Below, in pieces: positions 1 to 9,351 of a DNA stretch of 64,000 nucleotides. A model generated the notes under the pieces. The model worked only from the letters and a program-made list of their open reading frames with translations, did not search any database and had not been told where the DNA came from. The translations under genes were made by a program, and so were the position numbers. This DNA comes from Candidatus Micrarchaeia archaeon (GTDB lineage Archaea > Micrarchaeota > Micrarchaeia > Anstonellales > Anstonellaceae). Location of the stretch: assembly GCA_041650255.1 (NCBI GenBank), contig JBAZLL010000001.1:20667-84666 (forward strand). Direction: 5' to 3'. Numbering within the stretch: position 1 is the first letter of the stretch; the number at the start of each line of letters is the position of its first letter.

Positions 1-1
1 C

Positions 2-1114
2 CTTTATGGTCCGACCGGATGTGCGAAAACCGCAATCGCGCACGCGCTTGCGCAAGAGCTTTCTTTTGAAGCGATTAACTTGCTCCCTCCTGCAAAAGAG
101 GAGTACGAGAAATGGGAACACCGAATGCAGGAAGCGTTTAGCGGCTCCTCACTTTTTGGCTCCTCTACATTGGTAATAATAGATGATATTGACAACTGGA
201 AGCTTTCAAAAATTCGCGGTGTTGTGCCAAAACTTACCTCTCTGCTCAAAACCGGCAATGTGCCAGTAATTTTATCTGCGCAGGACGCATACGACCGAGC
301 AATCGCCACTCTTCGCCCCTATTGCGAACTAGTACAACTCAAATCCATCAACAACACCGACATTCTTTCCACCCTTTCAAAAATTTCCGATGCAGAAAAA
401 CTCGCGATCTCAAAATCAACCTTGCAGCAAATTTCAATTAATTGTAAAGGGGATTTGCGCGCCGCAATAAACGATTTACAGGCAAAAAACGCCGGCGCAT
501 CCCGCGAGCAGTCAAAGCAACAGTTTGAAATATTGCGCGCATGTTTTCGTTCTCCAACTTATGCCTCTACAAAAGGGCTGGACTTGGGCCCGCTCATGGA
601 GCGCGACTCGCTCAAACTTTATATCTCTGAAAATATGCCTTCCGAGCTTTTTGATTTAGCTGATTTGACGCGCGGGTTTGAGCGGCTTTCGCGTGCGGAT
701 GTGTTTGATGGGCGCATAAGAACCCGCCAATACTGGGGTTATTTGAGGTATTCCTCCTCTCTTGTGTGCTGGGGAATCTCTTCGGAGCGCAGGCATGTAA
801 AAGCATCTTTCTCGCCATATAGCTTCCCCTCATATATTCGCTCAATGGGCGCAACGAGGGCGAAACGCGCTTCCCTCAAATCAATTTCTCAAAAAATCGC
901 GCCCGTACTGCACGTCACAACAAAACGCGCGGGCGATTTTGTCCCATTGATTCGGGCGCAAGCGGAATCTTTTTCATACAGTGCGCAATGCGTTTCTCAA
1001 ATGCAAAAGTTATATTCTTTAGATGACGAAGAGCTTGCAAGCCTTGTGGGTGTCGCGCCCGACAAAATAAAGTCTGCCAATGCAAAACCCGATTCTCTTG
1101 AGTCCGGCGAATAA
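2..1114 (+). CDS. rfcL: Replication factor C large subunit, 5'-truncated at window edge
   Basis: Frame 2 is open from the window start. It has an AAA+ P-loop-like GPTGCAKT, a Walker B-like LVIIDDID, an SLFG motif and the RFC sensor-2 box GDLRAAINDLQ. The ~300 aa C-terminal extension is typical of the large subunit. Confidence 0.6.
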   Translation, partial: LYGPTGCAKTAIAHALAQELSFEAINLLPPAKEEYEKWEHRMQEAFSGSSLFGSSTLVIIDDIDNWKLSKIRGVVPKLTSLLKTGNVPVILSAQDAYDRAIATLRPYCELVQLKSINNTDILSTLSKISDAEKLAISKSTLQQISINCKGDLRAAINDLQAKNAGASREQSKQQFEILRACFRSPTYASTKGLDLGPLMERDSLKLYISENMPSELFDLADLTRGFERLSRADVFDGRIRTRQYWGYLRYSSSLVCWGISSERRHVKASFSPYSFPSYIRSMGATRAKRASLKSISQKIAPVLHVTTKRAGDFVPLIRAQAESFSYSAQCVSQMQKLYSLDDEELASLVGVAPDKIKSANAKPDSLESGE

Positions 1115-1250
1115 TTTTTCCTAATTTTTTGGCGGCGCGTCGGGGTTGATTTTAAATGTTTGCCCCAACATCGGCGTAATACGGCTTTTCTTCGAGATAA
1201 CCTTATAAATACTGTCTGTTTATTTCCGACGTAGAATGGAGGTGTCCTTA

Positions 1251-1466
1251 ATGGGCAAGAAAATTGGAACTGAGAAAACTAAACGAGAAGACGGCTATCT
1301 TTACTACATAGGCAAGGACGGCTATGTATGGAAGGCCCCAATGAAGCACAACAAGCGCGGCAAAAAGGGCAAGGTCGGCACCGAGAAAATCGCAAAGAAG
1401 GGCGGTTTCATGTACTATCTCGGCAAAGACGGGTTTGTCTACGAGGCAAAACTCAAAAACTCATAA
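1251..1466 (+). CDS. Small basic (K-rich) protein with internal duplication: 2x G-T-E-K..G-[YF]-[LM]-Y-Y-[IL]-G-K-D-G-[YF]-V-[WY]
   Basis: GGAGGTG Shine-Dalgarno at 1238-1244, 6 nt before the ATG at 1251. Two ~27 aa repeats are visible in the translation. The ORF track starts 15 nt earlier at 1236. Confidence 0.5.
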   Translation: MGKKIGTEKTKREDGYLYYIGKDGYVWKAPMKHNKRGKKGKVGTEKIAKKGGFMYYLGKDGFVYEAKLKNS

Positions 1467-1555
1467 ACAACTTTTTTATTTGGGGGTGAAAGCCCCAATC
1501 TAATTTTTTATCGCCAGCCAATTAGAATATAAAGTGCCTAATTCCAATTCTTCTT

Positions 1556-2458
1556 ATGATGGACATTACAGTCTTAGGCTCATGCGGTTCCGCTCCGACA
1601 AAAGAGAGAAATCTTCCTGGCGTAGCCGTGCAAATCGGCGGCAATGTATTGCTTCTTGATTGCGGCGAAGGCAGCCAGCGGCAGATGATGAGCTTTGGCG
1701 TGAGCTATGCAAAGGTGCGCGCAATATTCGTGTCCCATTTGCACCTTGACCATTTTCTTGGAATATTCGGGCTCGGCGAAACATTGCGTCTTTCCGGTGT
1801 TGTGCAAAAAATTGACATTTTCGGGCCGGTCGGGCTTGAGAGATTTTTGTATTCTTTCGGGCACCGCGATATTTTTGCAGTGCACGAAATATGCGCAAAA
1901 GACTGCTCTTTAGAAAAACCCATCTTTAGCATAAGCAATCACGATGTCTTTTGTTTTGAAGTGGAGCACGGCAAAAAAATGAACGCGTTTGGCTATTTGA
2001 TAAAAGAGCGCGAACGCCTGCGTTTTTATGAGAAAAAAGCAAAATCGCTGGGAATTTTGGGGCCCATGTTCACGCAAATACAAAAAGAAGGGCACGTTCT
2101 TGCCAAGGGAAAAAAAATCCTGCTCAAGGATGTTACTTATGCGCAAAAAGGTCTTTCTCTTGCATACTCTGGGGACACTTTATACTCAAAAAATTTGGTA
2201 TCCAATTGCAAAGGCGTAAATCTGCTTATTCATGAGTGCACGTTTGATTCCGAGCGCGCGCAATTGGCGGCCGAAAAATTTCATTCAACTGCCGTTGATG
2301 CTGCCAAGGCGGCAAAAGGTTGCGGTGCAAAATCTCTTGTGCTCACTCATCTGGGCGGCAAATATTCCAAAGAGTCAAAACCGCTTCTAACACAGGCAAA
2401 AAAAATATTCAAGAACAGTATCATTGCAAGCGACGGACTGAAAATAAACTTAAAATAA
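1556..2458 (+). CDS. rnz: Ribonuclease Z (tRNA 3' processing endonuclease, MBL fold)
   Basis: VSHLHLDHFLG metallo-beta-lactamase motif. Length is ~300 aa with a C-terminal H/D-containing region, typical of short-form RNase Z. Confidence 0.75.
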   Translation: MMDITVLGSCGSAPTKERNLPGVAVQIGGNVLLLDCGEGSQRQMMSFGVSYAKVRAIFVSHLHLDHFLGIFGLGETLRLSGVVQKIDIFGPVGLERFLYSFGHRDIFAVHEICAKDCSLEKPIFSISNHDVFCFEVEHGKKMNAFGYLIKERERLRFYEKKAKSLGILGPMFTQIQKEGHVLAKGKKILLKDVTYAQKGLSLAYSGDTLYSKNLVSNCKGVNLLIHECTFDSERAQLAAEKFHSTAVDAAKAAKGCGAKSLVLTHLGGKYSKESKPLLTQAKKIFKNSIIASDGLKINLK

Positions 2459-2548
2459 GAAAAAATCCGAAACTAAAATAAAACTCAAATTAATCCGCAC
2501 TAATCTTTCTTAAACTAAAAAAATTAGAAAAAATTAAAATAAAAAAAC

Positions 2549-2950
2549 TTATTCCTTTCCAGCCTTCTTCAGCTGAATTCTTGGCGGAATCATCGGCGGT
2601 GCAAGATTAACTGGTCTCACTACGAGCACTCCGTTCGTGCCGCAGGTAAAGTTAATTGCGTTAAGAACCATTTCCGAAAATTCATCCGGGAGTTTTTTGT
2701 CTTTCGCCCAGCTTGAAGAAATGTCTTTTGCTGCTTTTGCATCTTCATGTGCAAGAAGTGCGCCGTTCATTTTGAGAACTCCAACGCCCTCTTGGTAGTT
2801 GGCCGTGTAAGTGAATTTTATTTCCACTTCAGGTCCGCTCACTTTCACATCATCAATTCCGATGTTAACGTCAAGACCTTTTACGTCTTCATTCTTTTCC
2901 CTTCTTGCTTCTACGCTGTCAATTCTAATGCCAGTAATCATGCATAACAC
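2549..2950 (-). CDS. Hypothetical protein
   Basis: A 133 aa ORF convergent with rnz. No motif recognised. Confidence 0.35.
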   Translation of the reverse strand: MLCMITGIRIDSVEARREKNEDVKGLDVNIGIDDVKVSGPEVEIKFTYTANYQEGVGVLKMNGALLAHEDAKAAKDISSSWAKDKKLPDEFSEMVLNAINFTCGTNGVLVVRPVNLAPPMIPPRIQLKKAGKE

Positions 2951-3040
2951 CTCATTCTATACTTGCTTATCTTCACTAATTCTTTTAAAACGTATTCGCG
3001 CGGGAAATCTCCAAATCTTGCTTATGTCTGATGCAAATTT

Positions 3041-3715
3041 TCAATCAAGCTTTGCAGTATTTCCCGGACGCAACACCAGCGGCTTTGTATATGTCGGCAA
3101 TCCTTCACCAAACTCGCCGGTTCTCTGCCTCAATTTCTCTGTAGTGTCATAAAGCATCGGAACCGCGTATTTTGGTCTTATTTCTTTGCAGGCGTTAGCC
3201 GCCGCGAACGGGTCCATCGCATAAGTTCCGCCAATTGGCAATATTGCAATATCACATTTTATCTGCGGCATCTGGGCAAAAACATAAGTCGCACCTGAAT
3301 AATACACTCTCCATTTTTTTCCCTTCATAACATATCCAACTGGGTGCTGTGCCTGTGGGTGTACTGCTTTCACGACCGACAATTCAAGTCCCTTTAGAGA
3401 AAAACTATCACCTTCTTGCACATCTACTTTGAATTTTTCGCTCACATCTATTTTCGCAAGCGCGGGCTTTGGTGCGACCACCGATGCGTACGTGCGTTCA
3501 ACAATTGCCTTCACTATCGCCGGGTCGCAAAATTCGGGCTCCTCGCTTGTGATAAATATCAAATCGCATTTGCGCATGGATGATTGCTCAAACTTTGAGA
3601 AAAGAATTCTCTTCTCCCCGTTTATTTTATCCGCAATTGACGGGTTTACCAAACAGAGTGTGTCGTCTAATGTTATTGCAAAAGTAGCGTGACCAAAATA
3701 TTGGATTGCATTCAC
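3041..3715 (-). CDS. MBL-fold metal-dependent hydrolase (UlaG/COG2220-like)
   Basis: Beta-lactamase-fold pattern (GHATF...D..H..D) spread over 224 aa. Family assignment is by general resemblance only. Confidence 0.5.
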   Translation of the reverse strand: MNAIQYFGHATFAITLDDTLCLVNPSIADKINGEKRILFSKFEQSSMRKCDLIFITSEEPEFCDPAIVKAIVERTYASVVAPKPALAKIDVSEKFKVDVQEGDSFSLKGLELSVVKAVHPQAQHPVGYVMKGKKWRVYYSGATYVFAQMPQIKCDIAILPIGGTYAMDPFAAANACKEIRPKYAVPMLYDTTEKLRQRTGEFGEGLPTYTKPLVLRPGNTAKLD

Positions 3716-3836
3716 CTGTCAATCCCCTCCATCCTTTTTGTTGTTTTTATTAGACGTTTGGGGTTATTAAATTTTTGCAACACTCGGCTTTGCCTCCCTC
3801 CAAAGGGCTTTTAAGCCTCAATCGCCTCCCTCATTT

Positions 3837-4682
3837 ATGACTAAGCGTTTTGCTTCCCTCGCGGCAATATTTTTGCTGTTCATGGGAATGGCATTTGCAG
3901 ATTTTGAGTTGCGCACTCTTACTGTAACTATCACTATGAACCCGGACGGGACCGCGCACGCCACAGAAGAAGCAGTTCTTTTTATCACCGGCAATCAGTC
4001 AATCAATCTTTACGAAGATTCTGTGGTGTTTAACGACCTTTCTTCTTGGACCACTCGAACAGGTATCTCTGATTTGCGAACTCACGTGAGCCGCGCGTAT
4101 GTCGAAATCTCTGATTTGAGAGTGCGCCCGCAGCCGGTGTCCAAATGCAATAATCTCGCGCAAACGTGTTATGCTTCATTAATACTTGATTATGACATCA
4201 CTCCTATCTCTTTGCAACAGGGCGGAATTGTCAGTGCGAACCTTTACAAGCCGCGCACAACAAAATACTCGCTTCGCTCCGAAGTATTTAGCTTCCCGCG
4301 CACAAAAACCGACGATATAATTCTGCCTAAAGGTACGACGCTTGAGATGATTTTGCCCGCAAGCGCGAGCCTAATATCATTCAGTCGTGTGCCCGACAAC
4401 GTGCAAGATGAGCAGTCAATGTTTCGCTTTGACTCAAAAACTTCCTCTACGCAATACTTTGGGACGGTTCGCGTGTTCTCCTGGTCCGGGCAAACTCTCT
4501 CTCAATTTACTCTAAGCTACGATATTGAGCAGTCGCTTGAAGAGGAAATAACCTCATTTTTCTCTTACGTGCAAACCCGCATATTCAACGCATTCTTCTC
4601 GCAGGATGGAATCGCATATATTCTTGTGGTCGCCACAATACTTTTGTCCCTGATATGGCTGCACTCGCTTGAGGCAAAGTGA
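3837..4682 (+). CDS. Secreted, membrane-anchored hypothetical protein
   Basis: N-terminal signal peptide (MTKRFASLAAIFLLFMGMAFA) and a C-terminal hydrophobic anchor (GIAYILVVATILLSLIWL). Confidence 0.5.
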   Translation: MTKRFASLAAIFLLFMGMAFADFELRTLTVTITMNPDGTAHATEEAVLFITGNQSINLYEDSVVFNDLSSWTTRTGISDLRTHVSRAYVEISDLRVRPQPVSKCNNLAQTCYASLILDYDITPISLQQGGIVSANLYKPRTTKYSLRSEVFSFPRTKTDDIILPKGTTLEMILPASASLISFSRVPDNVQDEQSMFRFDSKTSSTQYFGTVRVFSWSGQTLSQFTLSYDIEQSLEEEITSFFSYVQTRIFNAFFSQDGIAYILVVATILLSLIWLHSLEAK

Positions 4683-4686
4683 TAAT

Positions 4687-6138
4687 ATGCAAATCTCTCC
4701 CGCAGAAAAAAAACTACTTGGCTTCATTGCTTCGCAACCTGCAAAAAGCTGTACCCTAAAAAAGGCAGTGGCAGACAAGTCTCTATCTCTAAATCAGGAC
4801 CAGCTTTTGGCGTTGGCAGAAAAACTCAAACTGGCAGGTTTTATTTATTTACATACTGACGAGTCCGAACAATATTCTTATACAAACGAAGGGTGGCAAG
4901 CAAGCAAAACCGGTCTTGCCGAAACCAGGCTTCTCATGGCTGCAAAATCTGGTCCTGTTCCAATCTCATCGCTTGATGTGCAAACGCGCAGTTTCGGAAT
5001 TGCCGCCGCAAAAAAGTCCGGATGGATTTTGATTGAAGCAGGTTCGGTTGTGCTCACTCCAGTGGGCCAACAAGCGCTTGCGAAAAAAGAATATATTTCT
5101 CTTCCATCCAACGAGCAGGAGATTTCTTCTATTAAAAAAGAACACCGCGCCGAGCTTATCCGCCGCGGACTCATAGTGTCAAAAACGCACATATCTAACG
5201 CCACACTTTCCATATCTCCCAGCGGAGAAGCCGCGGCACGCGAAACGGCTGTGGATGCAATCGGCGCAATAGATCGGCCCATGCTTCTTGATGGTTCGTG
5301 GAAGGGCAAGCCTCTTGCCCGCTATGATGTGCACTCGCATGTCCCTTCCGCGCTTGGCGCAAGGAGGCATCCAATCTCCCGGCTCCGCACGCGCATCTGC
5401 GACATTTTCTCCCAAATGGGATTTGAGCAAATGGACGGTCCGCTTGTAGAATCTTCGTTTTGGAATTTCGACGCTCTTTTTCAGCCGCAGGACCATCCTG
5501 CCCGCGATTTGGCGGACACATTTTACTTGAATGAAAAATCTGTGTTGCCTGATTCATCCTTGGTGTCAAAAGTAAAAGATGCCCACCAAAAAGGCTGGCA
5601 ATATTCCTGGCAAAGCTCGGATGCTATGCAACAAGTACTGCGAACTCATACTACGGCAGTGAGTGCCCGCTCACTTTATGCGCATTCAAAAGACAAATCC
5701 GCAAAAAAATTCTTTTCTGTTGGGAAAGTATTTCGCAACGAAGCAACCGATTACAAACATCTGGCGGAATTTTTCCAAGTCGAGGGGATAATAGCGTGGG
5801 AAGGTGCAAACTTTACCCACTTGCTCGGCACCCTAAAAGAATTTTATTCAAAACTCGGTTTTGAGAAAATCCGTTTCCGGCCTTCATATTTTCCATACAC
5901 CGAGCCCTCTCTTGAAATTGAAGTGTTTCATGAAGGAAAAAAAGAATGGCTTGAGCTTGGTGGTGCGGGCATATTTCGCCCCGAGGTAAGCATTCCCCTT
6001 TGCAACAAATATCCCGTTCTCGCATGGGGGCTTTCGCTCGAGCGGCCGCTTATGCTTTCAAGCAATACTCCCGATATCCGTACTCTTTATAGAAACGATT
6101 TGGAATGGCTGCGTAATTTTCCAACATCAAGCCGTTAA
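4687..6138 (+). CDS. pheS: Phenylalanine--tRNA ligase alpha subunit
   Basis: Class II motifs FRNEATDYKHLAEFFQVEG and RFRPSYFPYTEPSLEIEVF. The ATG at 4687 is preferred over 4669, which overlaps the upstream gene. Confidence 0.85.
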   Translation: MQISPAEKKLLGFIASQPAKSCTLKKAVADKSLSLNQDQLLALAEKLKLAGFIYLHTDESEQYSYTNEGWQASKTGLAETRLLMAAKSGPVPISSLDVQTRSFGIAAAKKSGWILIEAGSVVLTPVGQQALAKKEYISLPSNEQEISSIKKEHRAELIRRGLIVSKTHISNATLSISPSGEAAARETAVDAIGAIDRPMLLDGSWKGKPLARYDVHSHVPSALGARRHPISRLRTRICDIFSQMGFEQMDGPLVESSFWNFDALFQPQDHPARDLADTFYLNEKSVLPDSSLVSKVKDAHQKGWQYSWQSSDAMQQVLRTHTTAVSARSLYAHSKDKSAKKFFSVGKVFRNEATDYKHLAEFFQVEGIIAWEGANFTHLLGTLKEFYSKLGFEKIRFRPSYFPYTEPSLEIEVFHEGKKEWLELGGAGIFRPEVSIPLCNKYPVLAWGLSLERPLMLSSNTPDIRTLYRNDLEWLRNFPTSSR

Positions 6139-6194
6139 CCGACTCCTAGCATATGTTTAAAGAATTCAATATGGTATAATCTTGAGGTGTTTTA

Positions 6195-6656
6195 ATGGGA
6201 TTTTTGGATGGATTATTTGGAAAAAAATCTGACTCAAAAGATGCTGCTGCTCCAACGGCTCAACCGAAGCCACAAAGCGCTTTGGTACATCGTGATAGTA
6301 TACCCTTCTCGCTCAAGACCTCTTTTAGGCCCGTGCGCCTCAAAGCCAGGTCCGAAAACTCTTGCGAGCTTTTACTAGGCATAAGAAATATCAGCGACTC
6401 GGATCATATGTGTTCAATTGTAGTCGAGATTCCAAAATCGCTTGGATTTGATGGGATGGGAATACACAAGACAAAAGAGTTGCGCCTTGGAAGTTTTGCC
6501 GCAGGTGCAAGCAAGGACCTCTCAGTCACAGTTTCCGCAAACAACCAGACGCCTGCCGGGAATTACCGGATTTTCGTGACTGCATACTCGCATTATCGTG
6601 ATTATACCCACGTTCTAAACTCGGTAAGAAAATTTGTGGAGCTAAGAGTAGTGTAA
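6195..6656 (+). CDS. Hypothetical protein
   Basis: 153 aa ORF with no motif recognised. A T-rich terminator region follows. Confidence 0.4.
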   Translation: MGFLDGLFGKKSDSKDAAAPTAQPKPQSALVHRDSIPFSLKTSFRPVRLKARSENSCELLLGIRNISDSDHMCSIVVEIPKSLGFDGMGIHKTKELRLGSFAAGASKDLSVTVSANNQTPAGNYRIFVTAYSHYRDYTHVLNSVRKFVELRVV

Positions 6657-6742
6657 ATTCTTTATTATACCCTATTTTTTTCTATTTATTTTTATCGGGC
6701 CGTTGTCGGCGCAGGTTTTTGCTCGTCTGTTTTGTTTATCCA

Positions 6743-7021
6743 TCACATTTTTTCCTGCTGTTCAATTTTTTTCACAAGTTCATCAAGCAGACTGGCGATA
6801 ACTGCTCCGCTTTCCGTCAATGTGGCAATTTTCATTCTCCCTTTTTTTTCAAACTTTACCCATCCTGCCTGTTCAAGTTTTACAAGCCAGTTTGTTACAT
6901 ATACATAAGAAGTGCCGGAATATTTTGCAAGCTTAGACGGATACCATTTCTGTGTTGTGTCCTTTAAGCACACAATCACTGCGGCGGGCTTTCTCTTTAG
7001 TATGAATTGACGCATTGTCAT
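6743..7021 (-). CDS. Winged helix-turn-helix DNA-binding protein
   Basis: wHTH-like segment KWYPSKLAKYSGTSYVYVTNWLVKLEQAGWV. The internal Met (MTMRQF) lies ~22 nt downstream of a minus-strand TATA (TTTTATAA at 7042-7049), suggesting a leaderless start at 7021 rather than 7072. Confidence 0.5.
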   Translation of the reverse strand: MTMRQFILKRKPAAVIVCLKDTTQKWYPSKLAKYSGTSYVYVTNWLVKLEQAGWVKFEKKGRMKIATLTESGAVIASLLDELVKKIEQQEKM

Positions 7022-7196
7022 AATTGGCTTATAGTTTATGCACTTATAAAACGCATGCGCGCGCAAAATCATCTATCAATTCAGCGCGGTTGGGCAACCT
7101 CTTGGCAATCTGTTTTTTTCACCGATTCAGCCGTGCGCGCAAGATCACGGGCAAATCCCACAACTCGTACCCCCTCATTTGCATATTCAGTCGCGC

Positions 7197-9266
7197 TTAC
7201 GTCTCAATCCGGCACGCATCAATGAGTTTTAGCTTTTTCATCATCAGCGCCAGTCTTATCTTTTGCGCCCACTGTCCTCCAAAGTGCGTCAGTTTCAAAA
7301 ATCGTTCGATTTCTTTTTGCGAGTAAAAAACAATAAAATTCGGAACCTCGTTTATTTCTCTAAGTAGTTTTTCCTCCTCTCCCTTCAAACATATTTTCCA
7401 CTGCCTGCCTTCACTATCTTTCAAATTCTCCCCAAGGCTCACTCCTCGCGCAAGCAATTTATCTGTTATGATTTTTCTTACTACAATTTGTTCAAGTTCA
7501 CGTGCGCTGTATTCGGCAACCTGGGCGTAATATTGCATATGCTCTCTAAGTCTGCCTTCTTTCACAAGCCCCGTTAACGCATTCTCCACGCTCTCAATAC
7601 TAATCACTTCTCTTTTGTTTTTTGTGAATTTTTCATTGATTTTATGCACGATTATCTCAAGGCTCATCGGAGCGCTGACAATTTTTTCAAGTTCTTTTTT
7701 GTCGATTCTTACTTCCTGCCTTTTTGATTGGGGGAATTCATCTACAATTAGTTTGTATTCGCGTGCACGATTGCGCCCTAACACCAAATACATCGTTCCC
7801 ATTCCCACGGACACCAAGCAAACAAAAGCAAAAAATATGCTCCATCTTTCTCCCGATTCCTCAACCCAGCTATCGGTTATTTCTGCTTGCCCGATTCTGA
7901 AAATTATTTTATTTTGTCCCTGTACCCATCTTGACGCAACACTTGCCTTTGACGATAAAAGCGGAACACGCACCCAAGCCGCGCTTTCATTTTTTCTGAC
8001 ATCTACAAATCCTGCTTGCAAAGGCGCGCCATCCTCAAGAATCAAATAATTTCTGGTTCCGGAGTTTTTTTGCACAAGCACTGCCTGATATTTGGCAAGT
8101 CTAACAACTGCGCGTGCATATGCTCTCCCAAACTGGTCTTGTATTTCAACAATTGCATATTCTGCCTGTGGCCAATTCTGTTGCACGAACGAACCTATCC
8201 ATGCCGCCTTTGAATCTTGTACTTTCGAGCCTTCCATCGTGTTTCTCCCAAGGCTTTTTTGTGCAAATACCTCTCTTTTCGGAGTAAGCACAACTGCAAA
8301 ATATTCAATCTCCTCATTTTGCACATACTCGGGTGTTATGCTCGATTGAAAAGAAACTGCCAGATTAGCGCTCGCACTTTTTGAGCCAACCACGCGCCCT
8401 ACATTTTTTGGCAGGCGCATATCCCACATTCTCGCAAGCCTTCCATCCGCGTCTCGTGCGGATGCCCTCATCCAAATGTCCTGTTGTGCGCTTATCGATT
8501 TCACAACTCCAACAAAGCCATCCTTTCCAATGAGTTTTTTATCGCAGGCAATTTTTCCCTCCTGCGTATTTGGGGAGGTTTCCAATTTTTGCACGAGTCG
8601 TTGTGTGAACGCATCCACATCTGCAATCTCATCAATTGTTTTGCGAGCAACAATTACTCTCACTCCAAAACCAGATTCAACATCTTCAAATTCAGTATTC
8701 CCCTGTGCGCGTGATAAAAATTCTGGCGCCCCGCCCTCCTTAGCGGAGCCTTCTTTTGAAATGCTGATATTTTGCACTACTCCCATATATACAAGTGTAG
8801 AATTTTCTCCAAACACCTTGCTAATATTTTTTTGCAATCCCAGTGGCCATGCGCCGGAGGGCATCACAAATATTTTTCTCTCCCCATCAATGCCGATATT
8901 TTCAAGCGGAACTACATCAAATTTCCATGCGGTTTTTTGCACTTCTTTTTTCAAACTCCCTTCAAGTTTTGAAAATGTGCCTGCGCCCGCCCAATTGCCT
9001 TTTACAAGTACGATTTCTACTGGGATTTCTTGCTCATAACTGCACACATCAAGCTCGTACCCCTCAAATCCTTTTCCTTCAATGTCCAACCAAAGAGAAT
9101 TTTCCTGTCCATATAACGCCGGCAACGCCTGATGCACTCCAATCCAATTTGAACCCGCGTTGAGCGTGCCCTCCATTTGTGGCGCAGGAAATAAAATAAT
9201 ACATATCGCGAGCAAGGCAAATGAGAGAAGAAGCCCGGCAAGAAGATGCTTTGCATTGATTTTCAT
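7197..9266 (-). CDS. Large bitopic membrane protein: N-terminal signal-anchor, ~480 aa external domain, one TM, ~190 aa cytoplasmic tail
   Basis: Hydrophobic N-terminus (MKINAKHLLAGLLLSFALLAICIILF) and a second TM (WSIFFAFVCLVSVGMGTMYLVLG). No family recognised. The track start at 9353 would overlap the divergent idsA. Confidence 0.5.
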   Translation of the reverse strand: MKINAKHLLAGLLLSFALLAICIILFPAPQMEGTLNAGSNWIGVHQALPALYGQENSLWLDIEGKGFEGYELDVCSYEQEIPVEIVLVKGNWAGAGTFSKLEGSLKKEVQKTAWKFDVVPLENIGIDGERKIFVMPSGAWPLGLQKNISKVFGENSTLVYMGVVQNISISKEGSAKEGGAPEFLSRAQGNTEFEDVESGFGVRVIVARKTIDEIADVDAFTQRLVQKLETSPNTQEGKIACDKKLIGKDGFVGVVKSISAQQDIWMRASARDADGRLARMWDMRLPKNVGRVVGSKSASANLAVSFQSSITPEYVQNEEIEYFAVVLTPKREVFAQKSLGRNTMEGSKVQDSKAAWIGSFVQQNWPQAEYAIVEIQDQFGRAYARAVVRLAKYQAVLVQKNSGTRNYLILEDGAPLQAGFVDVRKNESAAWVRVPLLSSKASVASRWVQGQNKIIFRIGQAEITDSWVEESGERWSIFFAFVCLVSVGMGTMYLVLGRNRAREYKLIVDEFPQSKRQEVRIDKKELEKIVSAPMSLEIIVHKINEKFTKNKREVISIESVENALTGLVKEGRLREHMQYYAQVAEYSARELEQIVVRKIITDKLLARGVSLGENLKDSEGRQWKICLKGEEEKLLREINEVPNFIVFYSQKEIERFLKLTHFGGQWAQKIRLALMMKKLKLIDACRIET

Positions 9267-9351
9267 TACTATATTTATTGGAGTCGGCAAAATAAAAGAA
9301 TTCCTCTTGTGTTCTTTGCGCCTTTTTATCTGCAAATTAAACCAACCCTTC

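Noticed and set aside
4878-5569. Three overlapping minus-strand ORFs (105-143 aa)
   Set aside because: They lie inside pheS and are Arg/Ala/Pro-rich, which is typical of antisense frames.
7615-9163. Several 60-190 aa + strand ORFs antisense to the large membrane-protein gene
   Set aside because: They overlap a long, coherent minus-strand ORF. They have no start context and low-complexity translations.
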